The notes: a model not told the origin generated them from the sequence alone. DNA of 64,000 nt from Candidatus Peregrinibacteria bacterium (GCA_963708185.1 OY970195.1:640001-704000), one strand, 5' to 3'. Shown: positions 20,085-29,745, counted from the first letter of the stretch. Numbers and translations are program-made.

Positions 20085-20769
20085 GAGTACAACGAGCGCC
20101 GGCCCGAAAAAAATCGCCCTTCGTTTCAGTACGTTGATATTGGCCACGCTTTTTTCTTCCTGCATCCTGGGGTTCAGGATTGTTTACGCGGGTCCGACGG
20201 GATACATTTTCCTGTTTTGGAATCTGTTCCTGGCGTGGGTCCCGTTTTTGTATGCACTGGCTGCGGAATATTTCCACCGCAAAAAAAGAAGCGTCGCGTG
20301 GTACTGGATCTTCATTTTCTTATGGCTGATGTTCTTCCCCAATGCGCCGTACATCATCACAGATTTTGTTCACGTCAGTCCATGGGCTTCGATCGGCGTT
20401 CCTTTATGGTTCGACGTTCTCATGATCGCCAGCTTCGCGGCGACCGGGCTCTTGCTCGGGCTTTGTTCGTTGAAAATCATTGAACGCATCACTGTGGAAC
20501 GTCTCGGTATTGTTTGGAGCTGGGTCTTTACGGTTATTGTCTCTCTACTTGCGGGATTCGGCGTGTACCTCGGCAGATATTTACGCTGGAACAGTTGGGA
20601 TCTCATCGTTTCCCCGAACGAACTTTTTCAGGATATCGGCGAAAGGGTCGTACAACCGATGGTTCACTCGTATACCTGGTTTGTTTCGGTCGTTTTCGGA
20701 GCGCTCATTATTTTTCTCTATCTTGGATTCAGCCGTTTTTGCGATTATCACAGAAGCCGGAGAGCCTAG
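20077..20769 (+). CDS. DUF1361 membrane protein
   Basis: WNLFLAWVP, FFPNAPYIITD, GVYLGRYLRWNSWD. Confidence 0.9.
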   Translation, partial: NARSTTSAGPKKIALRFSTLILATLFSSCILGFRIVYAGPTGYIFLFWNLFLAWVPFLYALAAEYFHRKKRSVAWYWIFIFLWLMFFPNAPYIITDFVHVSPWASIGVPLWFDVLMIASFAATGLLLGLCSLKIIERITVERLGIVWSWVFTVIVSLLAGFGVYLGRYLRWNSWDLIVSPNELFQDIGERVVQPMVHSYTWFVSVVFGALIIFLYLGFSRFCDYHRSRRA

Positions 20770-22241
20770 CGCAGTTTTTCCAGAAACTCCACGAAAAGCC
20801 TGACGCCGAAACCCGTTCCCATCGGTGATTCGTACTGTTTGGGATCTTTCACGAACGCCGGGCCGGCAATATCAAGATGAGCCCACTTTGCGTTCCCGAC
20901 GAACTCTTCCAAAAAGGCGGCTCCTTTTGAAGCTCCCGCCGTGGACACTTCGTCCCAGTTGCGCAAATCAGCGATTTTGCTTTTCATTTTGGCGCGATGG
21001 TCGGGATGGATGGGCATGGGCCACGCGAACTCATCCGTACTTTCTCCCGCCTCCCGAAGTTTTTCGATCAGCGCAGCATCGTTGCCGAAGAGTCCGGCGT
21101 AGCGGCTCCCGAGGGCAACCATGCACGCGCCGGTGAGTGTGGCAACATCAATGACGTATCGTGGAGAGAATTTCTCTACGGCATAGCTGAGAGCATCGCA
21201 AAGTACCATCCTTCCTTCAGCGTCGGTATTGACGATTTCAACGGTTTTTCCGGAATAGGTCGTCACGATGTCCGACGGTTTCTGCGCCGACGGACCGATT
21301 AAATTGTCGGTCAACGGAAAAATCCCGATGACCTTCTGCTTGATTCCCAATTTTTTGAGCAGCAAAAACAGTCCTATGACAGTTCCGGCTCCGGCCATAT
21401 CGAGTTGCATGTCGGCCATGGAGTGTCCCGGTTTGAGGTTATATCCTCCGCTGTCGAAAATAATGCCCTTTCCGACGAAGGCGACCGGGCTCTTGTTCGA
21501 CATTCCTCTGGGCGAGTATTCCATGATCACCAGTTTTGCTCCGAACTCGCTTCCGCGATTGACGCCCAGTATTCCGAACATTCCCATTTTTTCGAGTTCG
21601 GTTTTCCCGATGACCTTGATGGAATATCCGTTTTTATCAGCGATCTTCCGGGCTTTTTTCGTGATGTATTCAACGTTTTTCAGCGACGGTCCGGCATTGA
21701 CGAGATCGCGGACCTCTCCGACCGCTTCGGCGATGGTAACTCCCTTTTTCACCGCAGAGTCAAACCTTGAATTTTTTTTCCGCACGACCAGGAAAACTTT
21801 TTTGATGTTCTGGTGGCCAAGATCTTCCTTCTCTTTGCCGGTTTTGAATTTGGCCAGGGTGTAATTCCCGAATGCCAGGCCTTCCCCGAGTTCCTGTCCG
21901 TGATCAATGATCTTCGTTGAACACCACAACGTCATTTCCCCTTTTTTGAGCGGACGGACGGATTTGACGATGAGGGCGGCAAGTTCACGGAGTTTTTGCG
22001 GAGTGAATTTTTTCATTTCACCGAGCCCGAACAAGACCACTTTCCCCGGCAACGTTTCGTCATCGGGAATGACGAGAAGGGTTTCACCTTCCCTACCCAG
22101 AAAATCTTTTTGTTTCTCGCGTTTCTTCAAAAAACTCTCCAAAATCTTCGGCGCGTTTGCGCTCAGTGAAGCCTCCTGAAACAGGGGGACGATCAAAACG
22201 CCCGTTTTTGGACGGACGGAATTTATAACGGATATTTCCAT
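20766..22241 (-). CDS. pepA: Leucyl aminopeptidase (M17)
   Basis: VGKGIIFDSGG, DMAGA, NTDAEGR, DVATLTGA, WAHLDIAG. Confidence 0.95.
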   Translation of the reverse strand: MEISVINSVRPKTGVLIVPLFQEASLSANAPKILESFLKKREKQKDFLGREGETLLVIPDDETLPGKVVLFGLGEMKKFTPQKLRELAALIVKSVRPLKKGEMTLWCSTKIIDHGQELGEGLAFGNYTLAKFKTGKEKEDLGHQNIKKVFLVVRKKNSRFDSAVKKGVTIAEAVGEVRDLVNAGPSLKNVEYITKKARKIADKNGYSIKVIGKTELEKMGMFGILGVNRGSEFGAKLVIMEYSPRGMSNKSPVAFVGKGIIFDSGGYNLKPGHSMADMQLDMAGAGTVIGLFLLLKKLGIKQKVIGIFPLTDNLIGPSAQKPSDIVTTYSGKTVEIVNTDAEGRMVLCDALSYAVEKFSPRYVIDVATLTGACMVALGSRYAGLFGNDAALIEKLREAGESTDEFAWPMPIHPDHRAKMKSKIADLRNWDEVSTAGASKGAAFLEEFVGNAKWAHLDIAGPAFVKDPKQYESPMGTGFGVRLFVEFLEKLR

Positions 22242-22326
22242 GGCAACTCAATAAAAAAAATCTGCAGACATCTTAACAGAATTTTTTACGAAAACAAAAA
22301 TTTCCCCGTCCGTACGGCGCGGATTC

Positions 22327-22755
22327 TTATTGCTGGCTTTCCGATTTCGACAAGAACTTCTCGGCTTTCTTGAGAATGTCTTTTGCGGTCTGGAACGTGA
22401 CTTTCTCCAGAGCCGGCTCATAGGGAAGCCAGAGGTATCCTTTGTGTTCGAACGACAGCGTGACTTTCTTTTGCGTCGTTCTGGCCAAAAAGAAAATGAC
22501 GTTCTTGGACATCAGTTCCGCTCCCCGATGGTAGAAGTAATGGATTTTATGGCGGAATCCTTCGATCCAGACTATTTTTTTTATGCTCGTTTCCTCCTGG
22601 AGTTCCCGGTAAGCGGTTTCATGTTCGGATTCGTCTTTTTCGACGTGTCCTTTGGGGAAATCGAAATGCCCGCCCGGGTAATGCAGCAGCAGATACTCCC
22701 TTTCATCCTTGAGCTGACGGAAGATCACAATCCCGGCTGATGTTTCATGAATCAT
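22327..22755 (-). CDS. NUDIX hydrolase (Ap4A hydrolase-like)
   Basis: SAGIVIFR, FPKGHVEKDESEHETAYRELQEETS, LSFEH. Confidence 0.9.
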   Translation of the reverse strand: MIHETSAGIVIFRQLKDEREYLLLHYPGGHFDFPKGHVEKDESEHETAYRELQEETSIKKIVWIEGFRHKIHYFYHRGAELMSKNVIFFLARTTQKKVTLSFEHKGYLWLPYEPALEKVTFQTAKDILKKAEKFLSKSESQQ

Positions 22756-22778
22756 ATGTTACATTATAGAAGCTCTTT

Positions 22779-23768
22779 TTGGATTTGACTATGTTGACTG
22801 GCCAGGAAACAGTTCGCCACATCTTCGACCGCTATCCGGAGGCGGTCCCCGTTCTGCATAAGTATGGCATAACCCTTGAAGCCGAGGAACATTTCCGTTT
22901 CAAAAATCTGGCACATGCCGCAATCGTTTTACGGATTCCGTTGAGGAAGATTCTCGACGAACTTTCTTCGGTCACCGGGGAACCGGTCCTCGAAGTGAAG
23001 GTCAAAGGCGTCGAAGCGATTCACAAACCCGGCGTCCGGACGGGGGGGCTGGAAAACATCAAAAGAATCATCGCCGTCCACAGCGGCAAGGGCGGGGTCG
23101 GAAAAACTTTCGTGGCCGTCAATTTGACGGCTTTTCTGGTGCAACAAGGCTTGAAAACCGGCTTGCTCGACGCCGACGTCGACTGCCCCAACGTTTTGCA
23201 TATGCTCAAATGCGAAGGAAAACTTGAAGCCAACGAAGACAAGCTCATCGTCCCTTTGGAAAAGTTCGGCATCAAGCTCGTATCGATGGCTCCCTTGCTG
23301 AACACCCGGGATGAAGCGCTTCTCTGGAGAGGACCGATCGTTTCAAGAGTCCTGGAGCAGTTTCTCTATGACGTTGCCTGGGGAGATCTGGACGTTCTGA
23401 TCGTGGATCTTCCGCCCGGGACTTCCGACATTCCACTGACGCTTTACCACATGCTGCCGAGAACGGAAGTTTTACTGGTAACAACACCTCATGAGCTCGG
23501 GCTGTTGGATGCCAAAAAGGCGGCTGCAATGGCAAAAAAGCTCCGCATCAAGATTCTCGGACTCATGGAAAACATGGGAGGGGATGTTTTCGGCAATGAA
23601 ACGAGTATTGATGTCGCGAAAACGCTCGGTGTCCCCTTTCTGGGATCCATAGGGCTTCATACCGCATATGCCCAGCTTTCCGCCGACGGCAGCCCTCACC
23701 TTTTTGACTCCAAAGAGCTGCAAAATCTTTATCAAAAGGCCTGGGAGCGGATCAAGAAGACGTCGTGA
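22779..23768 (+). CDS. Mrp/ApbC/NBP35-family ATPase with N-terminal DUF1858-like domain
   Basis: SGKGGVGKT, LLDADVD, LLWRGP, DLPPGTSD, ENM. Confidence 0.88.
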   Translation: MDLTMLTGQETVRHIFDRYPEAVPVLHKYGITLEAEEHFRFKNLAHAAIVLRIPLRKILDELSSVTGEPVLEVKVKGVEAIHKPGVRTGGLENIKRIIAVHSGKGGVGKTFVAVNLTAFLVQQGLKTGLLDADVDCPNVLHMLKCEGKLEANEDKLIVPLEKFGIKLVSMAPLLNTRDEALLWRGPIVSRVLEQFLYDVAWGDLDVLIVDLPPGTSDIPLTLYHMLPRTEVLLVTTPHELGLLDAKKAAAMAKKLRIKILGLMENMGGDVFGNETSIDVAKTLGVPFLGSIGLHTAYAQLSADGSPHLFDSKELQNLYQKAWERIKKTS

Positions 23769-23807
23769 TTGCATTTTTTCGGGCATTGAGTAGAATACAT
23801 CGTGCCC

Positions 23808-23894
23808 GCGCGAGTGGCGAAACTGGCAGACGCGCTACCTTCAGGAGGTAGTGGCCGCAAGGTCGTGGAGGTTCAAGTCCTCTCTCGCGCACCA
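23808..23894 (+). tRNA. tRNA-Leu (CAG)
   Basis: 87-nt type II cloverleaf, GCGCGAG/CTCGCGC acceptor, TTCAGGA loop, long variable arm, CCA. Confidence 0.97.
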
Positions 23895-23929
23895 GGATCA
23901 TACCCTTCTTCACGAAAGGTTTTTTGCTG

Positions 23930-23957
23930 TTGACTTTTTTCCTGTTCTAAATACAAT
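23930..23957 (+). promoter_or_regulatory. sigma70-type promoter
   Basis: TTGACT-16 nt-TACAAT; TSS ~23964. Confidence 0.6.
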
Positions 23958-23963
23958 AGTGTT

Positions 23964-24042
23964 GCACTCTATAATGCAATATTGTTGCATTGCTCGTAGA
24001 GAGGGTTAGGTAACAACTTCGATTATAGAGTGCTTTTCTTTT
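23964..24042 (+). promoter_or_regulatory. Promoter-proximal long hairpin followed by U-tract (leader, attenuator or sRNA candidate)
   Basis: gcactctataat (23964-23975) is the perfect reverse complement of attatagagtgc (24022-24033); inner gttgc/gtaac and ctc/gag pairs; then ttttctttt. Confidence 0.6.
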
Positions 24043-24045
24043 CCC

Positions 24046-24876
24046 ATGTATACATTGACATATTTTAAAATGAATTATAAAAAGGACCACGTCGACGAAT
24101 TTCAGGAAAATTTTGCAGCTCAATCACATGAGGTTTTTCGCGAAGAAGGGGAAACTTTTCACGAAACCTCCCTTCAAAAAATACGTCTCGGCACTCTTCT
24201 GGCCGCACTCGTTGCCGTGGGGGCCAGCGCGACCGTCACGGAGACATGCCTTGCGGACTGTTCAGATCATCCAAACGACTGCAGTGGCACCGCCCAGTCG
24301 GAAAATTCACGGCACGAGCACCATCCTTTTGAATTCAAAGCCGGTTTTGCCCTGACGCCGGACCATCAAAGCGCCGAATACGGTTTTGACGCTCACCTCA
24401 GCTGGAGTCCTGAAACGGGCGCAGCTTCGTCGCCGCACTTTGAGCTTGCGTTCGTCGACCTCGGCGTTTCTTTCTACAGCATTCCCATCAACGTCCAATT
24501 CGCTCATCCAATCCATACAAGCATCATGGGGACCGAATTCCATATTGGTTCGGTTGCTTCGGTGGGCATTCCAGCAGGTGATGTTGTGGAGTTTGGTTTA
24601 GGGGCCGGCATGGCTCTTGGAATTCTTTATCATTCGTTTTCCAAAATCGGACAGGACAACCATTATAATTATTACGGCGTGGACGCGAACACCCAAGTTG
24701 TGCCGCTTGCCATGCTGGAAGGCGAAATCACCTTTCACGTCCAGGACAGGCTTCTCGTTTTTGCAGCCTACAATCCGCACTTTACCCTTCAACCCGTCAG
24801 CAAAGAAATTCCAGGCACCTACAAACATTATGAAGTGGACCACACCATCGTTGCCGGCCTGGGAACAAACTTCTAG
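24046..24876 (+). CDS. Putative outer-membrane beta-barrel-like protein (start may be 24070)
   Basis: Internal signal-like segment KIRLGTLLAALVAVGASA; alternating amphipathic strands; C-terminus HTIVAGLGTNF ending in Phe. Confidence 0.6.
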   Translation: MYTLTYFKMNYKKDHVDEFQENFAAQSHEVFREEGETFHETSLQKIRLGTLLAALVAVGASATVTETCLADCSDHPNDCSGTAQSENSRHEHHPFEFKAGFALTPDHQSAEYGFDAHLSWSPETGAASSPHFELAFVDLGVSFYSIPINVQFAHPIHTSIMGTEFHIGSVASVGIPAGDVVEFGLGAGMALGILYHSFSKIGQDNHYNYYGVDANTQVVPLAMLEGEITFHVQDRLLVFAAYNPHFTLQPVSKEIPGTYKHYEVDHTIVAGLGTNF

Positions 24877-24960
24877 TGACGTTTTGATATGAAGAAGCTT
24901 CACATTCGCGTCAATTTGATTTAGAATTGACCTGCATACATTTTGTCATAGTTTCCGCTT

Positions 24961-25968
24961 ATGAAAAAAAGATCAAAAAAAACCACGAAAAGTAAAAAGG
25001 ATCTCACCTCCGTCTATATTGCACTTCTGGCACTCATCGTCATTATCGTCGTCTTCTTTTTGGCGTATCTTTCAAAGATGAGCAAGATGTCACCCGGAAC
25101 GTCAACGAGCACCGGCGCCCCTCTGATGAACGGACAACAGACCGCGACGATCACGATTCTTCCTTCCGGCGGCGTGAGTTCGCCAGCCAGTGAAGTGGCC
25201 TCCAACGATGCATCGGGGTCGCAGCAGACTTCCGTCCAAAACCATATGAACATGGTTGAAAACAGCGGATCCGTTCCGGCAAACGGCCGCGTCAAATTCA
25301 AGATCGACCATTTCAAAAAACTCGCCCTCCAGCCTTTGCAGTTTGATATTCTTGATGAAAACGGTAAAGCCTATACTCCCGACGACCTTCAGGAGGTTTT
25401 CGGACAGAAGGTGCATTTTATCGTCGTCTCTTCGAATCTCAAGGAGTTCCAACACCTTGATCCGACCTACACCAACGGAAAATGGAACACCCTGGCCTAT
25501 ATGCCGACACCGGGAACGTACTATGCCTATACCGACGTGACGCCGGTCAAAGGTCAGCGCGTCGTTTTGCGAAGCGACCTCATCGTCCAGCATGAAACGA
25601 CCGATCCGATTACCTATCCGGGATTGACCCCTGATCTTTTCGCCATCTCCAAAACCTTCAAGGCCCAGTTGGCTTTGAGCCAGGCGCTTGTCCTGCAGCA
25701 AAGTGTCCTTTCCTACCATGTTACCCAGGGTGACCAGCCGACCACACTTCAACCATACCTGGGCAATCTGGGGTCCGTGATTATTTTCCGACAGGGAAAC
25801 ATCGACAGTTATACCCGCGCCAATCCTCTGAATTCAAACGATGCGCAGAAAGGTCTCGCCGAATTCCTGACTACCTTCGTAAAAGGCGGTCGCTATACGG
25901 CCTTTGCCGAGTTCAAACTCGGATCAAAGGTGTACACCTTCCCGATCACTTTTGACGTCAGCGGATAG
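24961..25968 (+). CDS. Membrane-anchored protein resembling secreted heavy-metal-binding two-repeat proteins
   Basis: N-terminal TM; HFIVVSSNLKEFQHLDP, PGTY, LQPYLG, GRYTAFAEFK. Confidence 0.65.
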   Translation: MKKRSKKTTKSKKDLTSVYIALLALIVIIVVFFLAYLSKMSKMSPGTSTSTGAPLMNGQQTATITILPSGGVSSPASEVASNDASGSQQTSVQNHMNMVENSGSVPANGRVKFKIDHFKKLALQPLQFDILDENGKAYTPDDLQEVFGQKVHFIVVSSNLKEFQHLDPTYTNGKWNTLAYMPTPGTYYAYTDVTPVKGQRVVLRSDLIVQHETTDPITYPGLTPDLFAISKTFKAQLALSQALVLQQSVLSYHVTQGDQPTTLQPYLGNLGSVIIFRQGNIDSYTRANPLNSNDAQKGLAEFLTTFVKGGRYTAFAEFKLGSKVYTFPITFDVSG

Positions 25969-26002
25969 AACCTAGAGCAGAAGCTCTTTAAGAGCGTACG
26001 TT

Positions 26003-26779
26003 ATGCTGTTTCTCGTTATTACTTTTCTCGTCGGACTGGCCAGCGCTTTCGTGCCGATTTTTCTTCTGAGATTTCTGGTGAAAAAGTGGCATATCCAGCC
26101 GAAAATTTTCTGGAAAGCCGGTCTTGCCGGACTCATGGTCTCCCTCCTTGTTTTCGGAGTCACGCTGAATATTGACGGAGCTTTTCCGGCATTTGATCAA
26201 CTTCCGGTGATCATTCAGGCTTTGACCCTCGGTTTCGTGAACGGACTTTTCATCGAACTCGGAAAGTTTCTTGTCCTGGACAGGTTCATGCACTCGATCC
26301 GGAGCCGCGAAGCGGGCATGTTGTTCGGGTTCGGATGGTCCGGGTTGAGCATTATCATCATGGGATTTTTCCTGGCCGTTGGCGTTTTTGGCATGTATAA
26401 CCTTTTAACAACCAAGGATCTCGCATCGACGCTTCCCAACGCCGATGCCGACCAGATGCAGTTTCTTCAGGAAAGCCAAAAACAGATTCAGGATCTCGTT
26501 GCCGGGTCTCCTCTCAATGCTTTGACGCCTTTGCTGGAGAGCATGGGGACCCTCATGATCGATATGGCGATGGCGCTTTTGATTATTCTCGGGCTTTCTC
26601 AAAAAAAAACGCGATACGTCTGGTTCGCGGTGGGCATCAGAACGATTCTGGCGACGATTTTATTTTACGTTTCGCAAACCGACCTCATTCCTGTTGAGAT
26701 CATTTTCGGGGCCTGGATGATCGTGGGCGGTACTTTGATCTTCTATCTGCAGAAGTCCCTCAAGCACCATGTGGCCTAG
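26003..26779 (+). CDS. YhfC/PrsW-like intramembrane protease homolog
   Basis: Multi-TM; GLFIELGKF and GMLFGFGWSG align with YhfC GLFEExGR and GxGHGGxE. Confidence 0.7.
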   Translation: MLFLVITFLVGLASAFVPIFLLRFLVKKWHIQPKIFWKAGLAGLMVSLLVFGVTLNIDGAFPAFDQLPVIIQALTLGFVNGLFIELGKFLVLDRFMHSIRSREAGMLFGFGWSGLSIIIMGFFLAVGVFGMYNLLTTKDLASTLPNADADQMQFLQESQKQIQDLVAGSPLNALTPLLESMGTLMIDMAMALLIILGLSQKKTRYVWFAVGIRTILATILFYVSQTDLIPVEIIFGAWMIVGGTLIFYLQKSLKHHVA

Positions 26780-27528
26780 TCCTCCTTGGCGGCGAGCTGA
26801 TAATTTTCCCACTTCTTCTTTTTGAGTGCTTCAGCTGCAGCTTCCTGTTCGGCTTTTTGTTTGCTGGAACCTTTTCCCTCTGCGACGAACTCTTCCCCGA
26901 CGTACGCTCCCATGATGAAGGTTTTGTTGTGATCGGGACCTTCTTCTTTCATCAGTCTGTATTCGGGCGTAACCCCCAAGACCTCCTGGGCAATTTCCTG
27001 GAAATGGGATTTTGAATCGATGTGAAGTCCTTTTTTGAGAATTTCCTCGAGTCTGGTAAGAATGTACGAATCGATGAAGTTGTGAGCTGTCTTGTAATCC
27101 TGATCCAGGTACATGGCTCCGATGAGGGCTTCAAGCGTATTGGCGAGAATGTAATTCTTTTTGCGGCCGCCTGAACGTTCTTCTCCCCGGCTTAAATAAA
27201 GGTAAAGCCCCAGATCGAGTTCCGAGGCGATTTCGGCGAGATGTTTCCCTTTCACCAGCGCGGACCTCCAGTTGGTGAGGACGCCTTCCTCCTCTTCCGG
27301 ATATTTCCTGAACAGATAATCCGTGACTACGAGCTCCAACACCGCATCTCCCAGAAATTCCAACCTTTCATTGTGTTGAGCTTTCAAATCGCGATGTTCG
27401 TTCATGTAGGATTTGTGCACGAACGCCGTATCAATAAGATTCAGATCCTTGAAGGTGACGTCGATCTTTTTTTCGAGCGCCTCATAACGGTTCATGGAAG
27501 GCTGTTCGGATGAAGGTTTTACTGCCAT
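26776..27528 (-). CDS. rnc: Ribonuclease III
   Basis: NERLEFLGDAVL, EALIGAMYLD, dsRBD GPDH..F..G.GSSK..AEQ. Confidence 0.98.
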   Translation of the reverse strand: MAVKPSSEQPSMNRYEALEKKIDVTFKDLNLIDTAFVHKSYMNEHRDLKAQHNERLEFLGDAVLELVVTDYLFRKYPEEEEGVLTNWRSALVKGKHLAEIASELDLGLYLYLSRGEERSGGRKKNYILANTLEALIGAMYLDQDYKTAHNFIDSYILTRLEEILKKGLHIDSKSHFQEIAQEVLGVTPEYRLMKEEGPDHNKTFIMGAYVGEEFVAEGKGSSKQKAEQEAAAEALKKKKWENYQLAAKED

Positions 27529-27537
27529 GTGGAAAAG

Positions 27538-27987
27538 TTAAGATTTTTTTTGAGCTTCCTTGTGCTCTTTTATCGCCTCTTTGCGATACTTATGCATGAT
27601 GGTACTGAGCACTCCGTTAACAAACTTGGGGGAGTTCGTATCGCCGAAACTTTTGGCGACCTCCACGGCTTCATTGATGGCGACGATCGGAGGGACGTCT
27701 TCAGAAAACAAAATTTCATAACAGCCGAGTTCCAAAATAGCCCGGTCCACCGGAGCGATCTTGTCGACCGGCCATTCCGGCGCCTCTTCCTGGATGACCT
27801 TGAGGATTTCCTTCTTTTCTTTCAAAACGCCGTGCAAAAGACTTTCGGCAAAACTAAAATCCTTGATTTTCGCGCTGTATTCTTCAAGGTTATACTTCAA
27901 AATATCCAGCGGTTCCCCACCCCGGAATTCAAAAGCGAAGAGGGTTTGCATCACTGCTATTCTGGCAATGTGGCGGTAGCTGGCCAT
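27538..27987 (-). CDS. nusB: Transcription antitermination factor NusB
   Basis: RHIARIAVMQTL, VDRAIL, VAINEAVEVAKSFG, FVNGVL. Confidence 0.97.
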   Translation of the reverse strand: MASYRHIARIAVMQTLFAFEFRGGEPLDILKYNLEEYSAKIKDFSFAESLLHGVLKEKKEILKVIQEEAPEWPVDKIAPVDRAILELGCYEILFSEDVPPIVAINEAVEVAKSFGDTNSPKFVNGVLSTIMHKYRKEAIKEHKEAQKKS

Positions 27988-28090
27988 AATTATTTTGGCT
28001 TGGAATTGACCATTTCGCACACAAACGGTGGATGATGTTCAATTCCCGCGCTGGTTGTTAAAATTTATTCTCCCGGTTACGTCCGGAGTT

Positions 28091-28327
28091 TTACGCCTTG
28101 ACCTTGGTGATCTTTTCAACGGCTTTGTTCATATCCAGGATCTTCTTTCCGTTATATTGGCCGCAATTCTGACACACATGGTGGTTCAGTTTCTTGGTCT
28201 TGCAGTTCGGGCAATCAACCAGATTCACAATTCCCTGAAGTTTGACCTGGGTTTTGTGTGTAAAGGAATGGTAGCGTTTTGCTGAACGGGATTTGGATTT
28301 TTTATACTTGGGTACTGGATGTTTCAT
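28091..28327 (-). CDS. rpmF: 50S ribosomal protein L32
   Basis: PVPKYKKSKSR, CPNC..HHVCQNCGQYNG. Confidence 0.96.
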   Translation of the reverse strand: MKHPVPKYKKSKSRSAKRYHSFTHKTQVKLQGIVNLVDCPNCKTKKLNHHVCQNCGQYNGKKILDMNKAVEKITKVKA

Positions 28328-28345
28328 AGGGTCGTTCGGATATGA

Positions 28346-28882
28346 TTAAATGAGTTTTTTGAGGTCTTTAAAGGGCTTATATGTGTCTGGGCCCTGTTCC
28401 TTGACCTCGACGCATTTGCATTTGACCGTGTTGCGATCCTTTCCGCACACAGGGCAAAGCCCTTTACAGCTCTTAGAGCATACTGGAATAAGTGGAAAAT
28501 GCAAGATAATTTCCTGACGGACCATCTCGTTGAGATTGATCGTCATGGGCTTCTTGTCGATGAAGAAAAGGTCGTCCAGATCGTCGCTTTCAAAATCGGG
28601 GTCGCCATAATAATACTGCCGCTCAGCCGCAGCGATTTCTATGGTTTTCTTGAAAGTCTTAAGGCAGCGGTTGCAGGTAAAAAGCACCTCGATACCGGCA
28701 TCGTTGAGTAACGCGCAGACTTCGTTTTTCAAACGGATGAAGGTCAGCTTCCCGCTGAAGTGGGAAGAGAACTCAAGGTCTTTGTCTTCCGGGTAAACGA
28801 TTTTCTCGTCAATATCATATTGTTCGCTTGACCCCATGGGTTTTCCCCAGAGTTTTGCGACTTTGTAGAGTAACTGTGACAC
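28346..28882 (-). CDS. yceD: YceD/DUF177 protein
   Basis: CNRCL, CSKSCKGLCPVCG; upstream of rpmF; start uncertain (GTG). Confidence 0.9.
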   Translation of the reverse strand: MSQLLYKVAKLWGKPMGSSEQYDIDEKIVYPEDKDLEFSSHFSGKLTFIRLKNEVCALLNDAGIEVLFTCNRCLKTFKKTIEIAAAERQYYYGDPDFESDDLDDLFFIDKKPMTINLNEMVRQEIILHFPLIPVCSKSCKGLCPVCGKDRNTVKCKCVEVKEQGPDTYKPFKDLKKLI

Positions 28883-28892
28883 GGCGATTGAA

Positions 28893-29591
28893 TTAACGTG
28901 AACGGGAAACACCCGCTATGAGACGTAGAATAAACAGGAACAGGTTGAATATGTCAAGATACAGCTGGAGCGCCGCGTCAATGTAACGGTCGTGGGGGTA
29001 AACTTTGAGCCGCTGAACGTCGTAGAGCGTGTAGCCGGTAAAAAGGAGTACGCCGATTCCGGAAAAAATCATCTCAAAGGTATTGCTCCAGGGAATGAAG
29101 ATTCCGATGACGGAGACGATGATCATCCCGATCAGGCCGATCATGAGAAAACCTCCCAGTCCCGCAAAACTGCGCTGGCTGACGGCTCCGATGGCCGCGG
29201 CTGCGGTGAAAGTAAGGGTCGTCGCAAGAAAAGCCTTGATGATGATGCCCGGCCCTCCGAATTCAAGAATCAAACTTGCCAGGAGCGGAACGATCGTCAC
29301 TCCGGTGACAAAAGCGAACGCCGCGAAAAGAACATAATTGATCGGGCGTTTGGTGCTCCAAAATCTGGCGGTAAAAACCAGGATCAATTCAAGCGCGAAG
29401 AAAACCCACATCCAGGCCGGGTTTTCTATAAAAAGCGGGCCGAGATACTGGAAGCCCGTAAAGGTTCCGGCGGCGGAAACCAGGATGGCGAGGCCGAAAA
29501 AGAACATGACCTTGCTTAAGAACGATGATGTTCTTACGGCTGCCAGACCGTCGTTCTGATCGTAGGTAAAATCTTGTGTCGTATTCGTCAT
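28893..29591 (-). CDS. Bax inhibitor-1/YccA membrane protein
   Basis: 7 TM; YTLYDVQ, AALQLYLDIFNLFLFILR; start corrected to ATG 29591. Confidence 0.93.
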   Translation of the reverse strand: MTNTTQDFTYDQNDGLAAVRTSSFLSKVMFFFGLAILVSAAGTFTGFQYLGPLFIENPAWMWVFFALELILVFTARFWSTKRPINYVLFAAFAFVTGVTIVPLLASLILEFGGPGIIIKAFLATTLTFTAAAAIGAVSQRSFAGLGGFLMIGLIGMIIVSVIGIFIPWSNTFEMIFSGIGVLLFTGYTLYDVQRLKVYPHDRYIDAALQLYLDIFNLFLFILRLIAGVSRSR

Positions 29592-29745
29592 AGATGTGAG
29601 TTTATAAGTGAGTTCGTGTTGAGTTTGCATTGTAGAAGGTTTTGCAAATTTTGACAAGCTGGGCATTGCAGAAATTATGACGTCCGGCTCAGACTGGCCA
29701 TGCGGGTATTGTTGGTATATGATGTGACCCACTGAGTTTGTTTTT

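Noticed and set aside
23808-24900. Integrative element at tRNA-Leu
   Set aside because: No integrase and no duplicated tRNA 3' end (att site) was found.
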